Positions 50,919 to 61,680 of a stretch of 64,000 nucleotides of DNA are shown in pieces. Source of the DNA: Basidiobolus meristosporus CBS 931.73 (taxonomy: Eukaryota > Fungi > Basidiobolomycota). The stretch is taken from NCBI GenBank assembly GCA_002104905.1, contig MCFE01000045.1:134921-198920 (forward strand), written 5' to 3'. The notes beneath the pieces are model-generated. The model did not search any database, was not told where the DNA came from, and saw only the letters and a list, made by a program, of their open reading frames with translations. Every line of letters begins with the position of its first letter. Positions within the stretch are counted from its first letter, which is position 1. A program made the translations under genes and the position numbers.

Positions 50919-51168
50919 GTACCCTATAGGGCATCAAACTAGACTAGTTTTGCACAACAAACACGATGATGACCGATAAGGTGCTCAGATAACAGTCGCA
51001 CTCTAACCTCTAGGGTACGCATCGAATCAAATGCTCCACAAAGTACCACAATGGTGGGATCGCCCGTATATTATCTAACTATGGCCAACGTTACCTGAGT
51101 CATAATGTCATTATCCAAGAGATTGATGGCTGATAAGCTTAATCTTTCTAACCTCCAGGGTACGCATC
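50919..51168. promoter_or_regulatory. Repeated candidate metal-response elements in the NAS/MFS divergent promoter
   Basis: CTAACCTCTAGGGTACGCATC (51003-51023) and CTAACCTCCAGGGTACGCATC (51148-51168), each with a GATAA motif just upstream. A related near-palindrome GTACCCTATAGGGC lies at 50919-50932. Confidence 0.6.
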
Positions 51169-51309
51169 AACTTTAACTCAACCAAAGCCCCAGGAAATAT
51201 TGCAACACAACAACCCCAGAATGTTGATGCTTCCGCAGTCCCTCATTTTGTTCACAAGTATTTAAGCCGTATTATTGAAGGATTTCCCAGGGCTTAAACC
51301 ACCGTCAAT

Positions 51310-53014
51310 ATGTCACCCGAGAGAGATGATAGCATGAAGATAACGCCGCTCCCTACAAGACAACTGATTGTATTGTGCTTGGTAAGGCTTGCCGAACCAA
51401 TCAACTATACTATTCTTTTTCCATTCATGTATAGGGTAAGTTGCATACTTGTGCCCATTCGGACTACTTTTCTAACCCTCGTAATGGATCAGATGGTTAA
51501 GTGGATGAAGGTAGGCGAAAGCGAGGAGGATGTAAGCTCATATGCGGGCCTGATAGCGGCGTCGTTTGCGATTGCCCAGTTTTTCAGTGGTACATGGGTG
51601 GTCTCTGACTCAGATATGTGCGGGCGGTGCTAACCTTGTGCTAAATATATTCAGGTATTCCTTGGGGCTGGTTGTCGGATCGCATCGGAAGAAAGCCCGT
51701 GATTCTGATGGGCCTACTAGGAAGTACAGTTGGAATCATAATGTTTGGTTTAAGTCAGAGTTTTGCCATGGCTATAATCAGTCGCTCTTTGGCCGGGATA
51801 CTCAACGGGAATATTGGTGTCATCAAATCATTGCTAGCCGAGATTACTGATAAATCTAATAGAGCGAAAGCTTTTTCATTGCTCCCACTAGTCTGGGGAG
51901 TGGGAAGTGTAGTTGGTCCCCTGCTAGGTGGTCTATTGTCAGAGCCAGCTACTCAATATCCGTCGGTATTCGGTAACAATTCTGTGATGATCAAGTTTCC
52001 TTATCTTTTGCCTTGCTTGATTGGTTCCTGCATTAGCCTGGCAGGGTCCATCTTCGGTTTCTTTTTCCTAGAAGAAACATTGAAAAGTAAAGTACAAGAG
52101 AAGAACCAAAAGAATGCGCAAGCAGGACCACATGCTTCCCAGGAAAAATCCTCACAGACAACTGGCGAATGTGAAAAAGGCTCAGAAATCATTGAGGTGG
52201 CAAATGCGAAATTGGATACTCACACCCCTGAATCTAAGCCATCGCTCAGATCCTCGCTTACCAAGCCTGTACATATAGTGGTGCTCTCGTATGTACTATT
52301 TTCCCTTCAAAATGTTACATGGGACGAGCTATACAACCTTTGGACTGCTGCTCCCATTGAACACTATGGGCTTGGATTAAGCCAGTCGAAGATCAGTATC
52401 ACATTAGCTATAGTGGGCATTTTAACGCCAGTGGTACAGCTTATGATTTACCCACCGCTTCAGCGACGTTTTGGGGATCTATCCTGTTACCGAGTTGTGC
52501 TATTTGTGTACATCCCATTTTATATATTGCAACCTTTTGTAGCGGATCTGGCTCGGCATGGTGAGCAGTTTAGAGACCATAACACAAGTACTTACAGACT
52601 TGTCCAAGTGGGTGTCTGGGCAGGGGTTGGGCTCTGCCTTATTACCAAAGTAATTTGCTCACCCATCTGCTTTACTGCTACATCGATATTGCTTACAGAT
52701 GTCTGTGAGAATAACGAGGTTTTAGGAACAGTGAATGGGTAAATAGTCCTACTAATCATTTACACCTGAATTTACACCTGAATATATATATCCTGACAAC
52801 TTATTGTAGATACTCGCAAGCCGTGGTTTCGCTTACGAGAGCGGCTGGGCCAGCCATGGGTGGCGCTTTACTTACCCTGTCAATCAAGTCTTCTCTACCC
52901 TTTCCATTAAATAGTCATTTAGTTTGGAATGTATTATCAGTCATTGCTATTATTACTTGGATTGAATCATTCTGGGTAAAGTCAGTTTTGAGTAAGAAGG
53001 ATAATTCACATTGA
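51310..53014 (+). CDS. MFS transporter of the ZIF1/ZIFL/TOM (yeast YCR023C-like) family, four exons
   Basis: QLIVLCLVRLAEPINYTILFPFMY / EEDVSSYAGLIAASFAIAQFFS / GIPWGWLSDRIGRKPVIL, RSLAGILNGNIGVIKS, GPLLGGLLSEPATQYP, FFLEETL, SLTRAAGPAMGG. Confidence 0.88.
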
Positions 53015-53315
53015 AATAAAACCCACGTATTAAGAGACATAATTTGCACTGAAATATGTTACACGGAGCATAAAATGAGAATGTATCAAGACATATTAGC
53101 CTATCGCTAATCTAGTTATAACAAGTACATGAGTACCCGACCAGTGATTTGATGGATGCACAAATCACACATTGCACCAATGGGTTATAATAAACAAATG
53201 ACTATTAGTCATATTCCAATCTTGTCATCGATGGAGATTTAGATGTTATGCACCATGCTCTTATAAATATGGGGAACTCCTGGGATGGGAGGGCATAAAC
53301 CTTATTTCTTCAAGA

Positions 53316-55414
53316 ATGGTCGGTAAAAGCGACGAGCAATATGCTTCCAGCGGGAAAGGCTACGTTCTACACAACATTCCAGCTGAGGGATTGAATACAC
53401 CATTATCCGAAATAGTGGAAGAGCGTCAATTTACTGTTCGAGCGATTGTGGTAGGAACTATCCTAGGTGGGTTTGTCTCTGCTAGCAACCTCTATATTGG
53501 CCTTAAAGTTGGCTGGGTTTTCGGTGCGTCCATGTTCGGGGCTTTATTCGGATTCGCAATCCTGAAGCCTTTCTCTCGTATGACTGGCAGTTATTTTGGC
53601 CCGAAGGAAAACTGCGTCGTTCAAACTGCTGCAACAACTACGGGAGGTCTATATGTTGGCTTTTTCACCGCTATTCCGGCCCTCTACCATCTAGGCCTAA
53701 TGTCCCCCAATTTCATGGATGATATACCGGCTTTATTGCTCTGGACAACCGGCAAGTATTTCGAATCCTGTGGTTACGTGTATTGTTTCTAAGATTGTTT
53801 CCCCATAGCCGCAGCATTCTTTGGCCTCTTCTTTGCTGTACCACTCCGAAAGTACTTTGTCATAAAGCAGAAGCTCCCTTTTCCCTCTCCAACAGCAACG
53901 GCCGAAACAATTAGGCAATTGCATGCGACTATGACGGGTGAGCGTGAGGCCATGCAAAAAGCAAAAGTGATGCTCGGATGCTTCATGGCTTCCTCCATTA
54001 TACCAATTATTGGTGTATTCTTTCCGCTTCTAGAGTACGTACACTTGCTATACTGGATTGGCGTAGCTACTGGAAGTCAAGGACTCATATCTGCAGATCG
54101 CGTATGGAAGTGGGTGATTAATCTTGATCCAGCATTCTTAGGTAAGTGGTTTTCAAAAAGTGGTTTTCATTGTTTTGATCGGAAGAGTAAGCAGCTAAGT
54201 TTTCCAAAGGTGCTGGCACACTGATTCCCAGCAATACTGTAGTGTCGCTATTCTTAGGGCAATTGGTGTCATATGGAATAGCTGGTCCACTGATGTTGGC
54301 ATCAGGGAATTTCGTCAAAGCAACCGGATTTGTTTCCGAAGGACCAACTGCTCAATCCTGGTTCCTCTGGCCTGGAATAGTTCTGATGCTGGCTTCTTCC
54401 TTTACAGAACTCTTTTGTAATGGAGGGAGTATACTGAGAGCAGTCCACGGGGCCTTTTCAGGGTTATATGGTACTATCAAGCATATGCTAATTCGCCGGA
54501 ATCCTGTTCACGAAGAGTCATTGAAAGATGAGGAGGACGACGATCCGGCCCCCAGGAACGAGAGAATCCCAACATGGATGTGGGCTGTGGGACTGACAAT
54601 TGCTGTCGTATTCAACTGCTTAGTACTAGGCTTCTATTTCAATATGCCAGCGTACCAGTCCATCTTGGCCATCTTTGTTGCTTTTGTGCTATCATTTGTA
54701 GGACTTCAATCAGTGGGTGAAACGGACATTAACCCAGCTGGCTCCATTGGAAAAACCTCCCAGCTAATATTTAGCCAATTTTCTGCGCCTTCACTTGCTG
54801 ATGTTCAGCGACTCAATCTTATGGCGGGTAATGTTGCTGGTTCTGCATCCTACCAAGCGGTCGACATGGTTAAGGACCTACTCACCGGCCACATCCTCGG
54901 CGGAAGTCCGTTGGCTCAATTCTACACCCAGCTGATTGGTTCATTTTTTGCCATTTTCATTGCAGTAGGAATATTTATTCTTTACGCTTCTGCTTATCCC
55001 TGTGTCACTGATGCAAACAGCATGCCTTGCGACTTCCAATTGATTGGAGTGGTTGCATGGAAAAACGTGGCTGTCACTATGACTACAGGTTTGGATATAC
55101 CGTACGATAGCAAGATGTTTTCAGTAGCATGTGGGGTGTTCGCTGTTGTGTACACTGTGCTGAAAAAATTGGTGATTCCCGTGAAATACCATCCATACCT
55201 TCTGAATGTCAACGCCTTTGGTATTGGTTTTGTTAACGCTGACCCTGGATCTGCTTTCGGGATGCTATGCGGAAATCTCTTCTTTCTCGCATGGAGGTTG
55301 GTACGACCTAAACGCGCTGAATTTTATCATTACTCTGTTGGGGGAGGGCTACTAGCTGGCGCGGGTATTGCTGGCTTAGTAAAAGCTATGCTACAACATA
55401 TTTGGCGCAAATAA
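53316..55414 (+). CDS. OPT-superfamily transporter, YSL (yellow stripe-like) branch, three exons
   Basis: QFTVRAIVVG...SNLYIGLKVGW...FGPKENCVVQTAAT, FFAVPLRKYFVIKQKLPFPSPTATA, GETDINPAGSIGKTSQLIF, DLLTGHILGGSPLAQF. Introns 53752-53808 (GC-AG) and 54142-54209. Confidence 0.92.
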
Positions 55415-55825
55415 GAACTACCTTAAATGGGGGACTCCTTGATACCTTCTACAGTAAGTCAATAAATAGCGTTAGTCAACAATACCCAAACTGTGTTATC
55501 CAATAATGCCTACAGTCTGTTCATTTTGGCCAGAGTGGTGAATCTTTTAATACTGGTATTACTTTTACTCAGTTGATTTCTGACGTAGGCATCATTATCT
55601 ATTCTTTTATTGACGCTTCCTTGCAATTTACAAATGAATCTTTGGCTTCTTTGGGTTCAACGCTTTATCCTGTATGGAAGCATATGCATTGATGCAGATA
55701 GGTTTCTGGGAATGATAATTGCCATCAGGTGTAATCTTTACTCATTTCATGCAAAAAAAGTGACCAGATACTAAATGCTAAGGGTTATGGGAGGAAAGTC
55801 ATCAGCTTAGGGGGGTGACAGTCAC

Positions 55826-57837
55826 TTAGGGTTAGGGGGGGAGACATTCACCAACAGGTGAAATCTTTATTTCAGTTGAAACAAAGAAGCCAGCGCTACT
55901 GTTGTAGCTTTGATACAAGAGTGTGTAGCTGAGGGGAATTTGTAGGTAAGTTTACAAGAAGTGATGATAGTTCTTCAGTGCTCAAGACACTGTTCAGTGG
56001 GAAGGGGGGTAGCAAGAGAGGTAAGAATGACTTGTGAACAACATTAATGAGGGGAATGTGATAAGGATTGATATTCATCATAAAGGGAGTGTGCTGCTGC
56101 AGATATTGCTGCCAAAGGTCTGTCAATTACTTCAGGTAGGCCAGCTTGGGTTTTTCTGACTGCAGAATATAGTGAGCAAACTTTTTGACTTCAGGATCTC
56201 CAAGTATAGTTCTCCAGCAGGAGCCAGGTGTAGTGTGGTGTGTTCTCTTCCAGGCCTTAGTCAGTGGGTTGTTGCAGTGGTGAAGTCTGAGATATAATCT
56301 GGTTCTAAGGTAGAGAAGTCTGATCTTATAGGGCATAAACCCAAAAGCACCAAGAATAGCATGTCTGTAGGGGCATTCAGGCAAATGAGGCACCAAGGAG
56401 GTAATGCACCATACTGCAAACTTGTCAAGCTTAGTGCAGTCTCTGGAAGTAAGAGAGAGAAGTGGTAAGCCAAATTCTAGGACAGGTAAGACAAACTGCT
56501 TGAGTAGAAGGAGGCAGCTGGGAGCTGAAGTTGTAGGAGGAGTAACAGCCAGTAGCTTGTGGAGTGCCTGTCTTGCCAGGATAATTCTCTTCTTCAGGTG
56601 TGCTCCAGAGTCTAGTCCAGTAGGAAGGAATGGAGAGCCAAGATATGTGGCAAAAGCCTGAGCAGGTATAGTGGAGTTCTCCAAGTTGATGGTAGAGCCC
56701 AAAAGTACTGTCTTTGCAATGGACAGCTGAAGATTATTCTTCTGCAGATACTGGTGGATGGTCTGGGAGTCTTGTTGCACATTGGAGGAGGATATTCTGA
56801 TGTCATCAGCAAAGAGAGTAACCAGGCAGTCAGCTGAGAGTCTTGGGAAATCATTCAGGAAGATGGCAAACAGTATAGGACCAAGCACAGAGCCTTGAAC
56901 CACTCCATTAGGAACTGAGAATACAGCTGATTGCTCACTTGGGTGAAGAATTCTTGCTTGTGGATCTAGAAACAGAGACCTGACAAGGAGGGTGAGAGAG
57001 GTACTGGAGAAGCATTGTAACTTGGACCAAAGCAGATTTCTGTCAACTGAATCAAAGGCCTTAGTGATATCAAACAGAACAGAGGGATACTTGAACTGGA
57101 GATAGTGATCTTGGCTAAGTATGACTGCATATTCCAAGGAGAGGCCAGGAACAAAGCCAAACTGTGCAGGGTGAAACTTGAGGGAGTCAGAGTAGAGCTC
57201 CTGAGCAAGCAGAAGCTCAAACACCTTTCTGCAGGTGGGCAGCAGAGATATTGGCCTGTAGGAGCTAGGATCCAGGTGCCTTCCTTTACCCTTGTACAGT
57301 GGCAGAACATTGGCAAAGGACCATTCCTCAGGAGTAGAAAGCTGGGCTGAGCATTGCTGAAACAGTGGAAGCAGAAGTGCAGACATGGCCTTGGAAATAG
57401 TCTTCAGAAGCTCATAGGAGATTGTGTCCACACCTGGGGCAGTAGAGTTGGGAAGCCTCTTGTGCACATTATGGATTCTCCCTTGATCAAGTGCAAGTGG
57501 GATGGGCAGAGTCTTAAAGTCAGGATGAAAGCCAGGTGTTGAATACTGCTTTGTAGAGAAGAAGATGTTAGCCAGCTGTTCTGTTGAAGGTAACCTCCTG
57601 GAAGAGGGCCTCATTGCCCTGTAGAGTCTTGACACTGCTCTTGTTACAGAGTTGGAAGATTGCAGAGGCAAAGAACTCATAATATGATCCCAGAGCTGAG
57701 CACGCTGAGTGTGGTGAATTGCCTTGGAGTGGTGTATGGCTGTCAGGAGGAGTTTATCTGTTTTTGGGTTAGGGAAACACAGGTAGCTTTGTTGCAGGGC
57801 TGAAAGAATGGATTCCTGTTGTGCATCAACATTTAAA
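55826..57837 (-). mobile_element. 5'-truncated, partly degenerate non-LTR retrotransposon (LINE) with RT ORF
   Basis: APGVDTISYELLK, YRPISLL, QFGFVPG, FDITKAFDSV, GVVQGSVLGPILF, LFADD, YLG. No endonuclease seen upstream; premature stop at 56127. The 3' end has AATAAA, a stem-loop and a CCCTAA-like tail. Confidence 0.9.
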
Positions 57838-58552
57838 ACTTAGCAAATTTTACTCCGTTTGAAATTCTAGTACCCTAACTGATTTTCCCTAACCCAAACA
57901 TAACAAATCCCAGTTACAGTTTATTTTATCCCACCGCAGAATCTATTTTTAGTCAACACACCTGATCTATTTTCAAATGGTCATTACGTTATCAACCTAT
58001 CAGCCAAGCCTTCCCAGGTGATTAGTCATCTGAGATCTATCCAACCACTGTGCAGTTGCCAAGACATCAGTTGATTGATGATGTAATTTTCATTTATCTT
58101 ATGCACCTATGAACACCCAAATTGATTTCAATCAATCCAGTCCCTTGGCACTTACTAATCAACTTGATCAGAAAAGTATAAATAAAGTTTACTGAGCCTT
58201 TTGGTTTAGTGTGTGTCTCAACAAAATTAAGATTCTGTCTCAGCAAAAATAAGAATCCAACAATTCCGTTCTAGTTTCTATCCAAGCCTAGTATATCTAG
58301 CACTCCAAAGAACACCAAGCCTAGCCTGCCTAGCAAACAGATATCATTGTCTTTATAGCCAACCCAGCTACATCCAAGACCAATATTGGATCAGAATCTT
58401 TCTGCTAATATTTTTGCCACTCTCTGACAATTCTAAGATTCTGCACTTAATTGTCCCTTTGGTTCAGTTAAACCATTCAAGAGTTTTATTACACTTTCTC
58501 TTGGATACAACATTTTTTTTGTTGAATTCCATTACATTCAGCCAATTAGAAG

Positions 58553-59530
58553 ATGTCCTCAGCAGCAAGCAATCCAAACCTTTCCATGTTGGAAGAAGCC
58601 AGAAGAAATCAGGAAGAACTTACTGAACAGCTTGAAAACATCATGCTTGAAAGAAACACCATGATGCTTGAGCACTCAAAGCTTGCCAAAACAAGATCTG
58701 ATAATCACCATAGAGATGAACTCCTTGAAGTTATATCTGGTTGCCAAGATGAAATTGGAATAATTAAGGAAGCACTGGAGAATATTGCCATAGTAATTGA
58801 CAGCATTGAAAATCTGCCAAGCCTTGCTCTGCATCAGCCACCAAGAAGTCATGCCTTTGAATCCTCCAGATCTACATCTCCTTCTAGACCTGCCCTGGTG
58901 GTTGTCCCAAGATCCTTGCTTGTATATGCTGAAGGTACCAATGCCATCAAGAATCCAACTGAGTTTCTTTACAAGTTTAGTCATGTCTTAGCTGCACACC
59001 AGCTAGACCCTGACACCAACTGGGCTAGACTTCTGCCTCTCTGTCTCACAATGCAAGATGCTGACTGGGTTGAAGTGAATATTCCTTCCAGTAGTACGTG
59101 GAAAATTGCCCAAAACCTCTTTTGCAGCCATTTTGAAGATCCTCTCAAGAAAGCACATCTGAACTGCAACTTATGGAAAACTAAAATGCAAAAAGGTGAA
59201 TCTGTGCAACACTTCTGTGATAGATTCCAAAGACAAATGAGATTAGCTGGAGTTAGTGATGCTAATCCATTGCTTACTGCTCACTTTCTTTCAAACTTTT
59301 TGCACCAGCTACAGAGCAATATTGCTATTGTCAAAGCATGCAACCCTGCCCGTACCTATGACCAGATCTCAGAGATATGTACACTGGCAATCACCTTGAC
59401 TGCAGCTGTTAGCCAGACTTCAGGCAACTCAACCCAATATCCCACAACAGCCAGAAAAGAGACCAGTCATGTGACCAAGAATCAGTCAACCGCTACCAAG
59501 CACTGTGAGCTTCATGGAAAATGCTATCAT
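58553..59530 (+). mobile_element. Retrotransposon gag-like ORF, interrupted at its zinc knuckle
   Basis: NPTEFLYKF...WARLLPLCL...WKIAQNLFCSHF...QKGESVQHFCDRF is gag-like. It ends at CELHGKCYH, where LINE 3' sequence begins. Confidence 0.75.
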
Positions 59531-59652
59531 TTAGGGGGGAGACCGTCACCAACAGGTGAAATCCTTATTTTGGTTGAAACAAAGAAGCCAGTGCTACTGT
59601 TGTACCTTTGATACAAGAGTGTGTAGCTGAGGGGAATTTCTAGGTAAGTTAA
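59531..59652 (-). mobile_element. Short 3' fragment of the same LINE family
   Basis: Aligns by eye at about 90% identity to 55832-55955. Confidence 0.88.
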
Positions 59653-60176
59653 TAAGAGGGGAGGAAAGTCACCAAGTGGTGAAATCTTTATTTACTTATG
59701 ACAAGTATCTAAAGAAGCCAAGTTAATCTGAAGTAATTCCTAGAAAGCTAGGTCTGAGAGATATCTTCCTGGTAAGCCAGGTCTGAGAGTTGAGAAGCTG
59801 AGTGGTACTATATTTCCTAGTTAGCTAGGTCTGAGAGAGGTTTCCTGGAAAGCCAGGCCTGAGAAATGAGAATCTGAATATATCTGAGCTAAGTTATCAT
59901 GGTTTGCGGTAGCTGAATTGTGGCCGGAATGGCCAGTAGACTGGGGGAACTGAGATATATTTCTGGGCGATCACTGGCCAAATTTACTAGGCAAATCTGG
60001 CCAATTAGCATTTCAAGGATTTCAGCCAATCAGAGCCTTTACTTTGCCCAATGGTTGATCAAGCCATCTCCCAATAAGCACACATCAATTTATTGATCAA
60101 ATTTTGCTGGATCCAGGATTTGAACCCACAACCATGGGTATGGAAGGGTTAGGGATAACCACAAGGCTAAGTGTTC
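59653..60176 (-). mobile_element. Probable tRNA-derived SINE with LINE-like 3' end
   Basis: Minus-strand A-box TAGCCTTGTGGT (60169-60158) and B-box GGTTCAAATCC (60126-60116) at tRNA-like spacing, a body with repeated hairpins, and a 3' end AATAAAGATTTCACC-N4-GGTGA shared with the LINE. Confidence 0.6.
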
Positions 60177-60824
60177 TTGGTTAGGGTGTAGGTGTTATAG
60201 TAAGGGCTAGAAAAAGGTTAGAAGAGCAGGGGTTCTGGGGGACGCAGTCCCCTAGAGAATAAAAAAGCAGGGGGTTTGGGGGATGCAATCCCCCATACTG
60301 CTCTTATACTCTTTAAATTCCTGTTGGATTACTTTTCTCTCATTCTTGGTTCTGGTCCCTTAGGGTTAGAATTCCTCCTCCTAACCCTTATCACCCTAAC
60401 CATAAATATTTTTACCCTACAATTGGCACATTGTCTGCTCATATGGTGGGCATGTCTGGACCAATATTTGTCTCCCTATACTGTCCATACGCTCTGTATA
60501 AGTCTTGATGACTATTTAGTTAATAAATTGTTATTTTTAATATATATCTAATAATTAATGGGATTCATCCCAATCTGACCACAATCCCATATTTTGATAA
60601 GCTTTGGGCACCATAAATTGCGTGGCCCTAATATGATAAAAAAATTCATGGCCAATACAAATTTTCTGTAACCCAATTGCTTTTACCAAATATAAAGTGT
60701 ATCCAAAAGTTCAATATATATTATGGCTATAATAGAAACTTTATTTGACACCATCGCAACTACTACTTATGTTCTATGCGCACATGTATCCCGCGGGAAT
60801 TGTAAAACTTAGCCACATGGTACA

Positions 60825-61680
60825 AAAGTGCTTTTATTTTTCATCATGATAGTTTTACATGAGTTCCTAACGCACTTTGAAAGTACGCAGTAGCCATACC
60901 CCAACAGGTTTTAAGGATGTCCACTAGCTACGTCTACTTGTGTCTAGCGGGAGCCATCAATCATCAGCCGTGCAATACTGAAATGCTTTTATTTTTCATC
61001 ATGCTAGTTTTGTATGAATCCCTAACGCACTTTCATAGTGCGTGGTAACCATACCCCAACAGGTTTTAAGGATACCCACTTGCTATGTTTACTTGTGTCT
61101 AGCGGGAGTCATCAATCATCAGCCACGCGGTAATAAAGTGCTTTTATTTTTCATCATGATAGTTTTACATGAGTCCCTAACGCACTTTTATAGTGCACGG
61201 TAACCATACCCCAACAGGTTTTAAGGATACCCACTTGCTACGTTTACTTGTGTCTAGCGGGAGTTATCAATCATCAGCCGCGCGGTAATAAAGTGCTTTT
61301 ATTTTTCATCATGATAGTTTTACATGAGTCCTTAACGCACTTTCATAGTGCGCGGTAACCATACCCCAACAGGTTTTAAGGATACCCACTTGCTACGTTT
61401 ACTTGTGTCTAGCGGGAGTTATCAATCATCAGCCGCGCGGTAATAAAGTGCTTTTATTTTTCATCATGATAGTTTTACATGAGTCCTTAACGCACTTTCA
61501 TAGTGCGCGGTAACCATACCCCAACAGGTTTTAAGGATACCCACTTGCTACGTTTACTTGTGTCTAGCGGGAGTTATCAGTCATCAGCCGCGCGGTAATA
61601 AAGTGCTTTTATTTTTCATCATGATAGTTTTACATGAGTCCCTAATGCACTTTTATAGTGCGCGGTAACCATACCCCCAG
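60825..61680. repeat. Tandem array, 155-bp period, about 5.5 copies
   Basis: The anchor CTTTTATTTTTCATCATG recurs at 60831, 60986, 61141, 61296, 61451 and 61606. Confidence 0.95.

Noticed and set aside
57840-58550. LTR of the gag-bearing element
   Set aside because: No second copy or primer-binding site found in the window.
60825-61680. CRISPR array interpretation of the tandem repeat
   Set aside because: Whole 155-bp units repeat with no unique spacers, the context is eukaryotic, and no cas genes are present.
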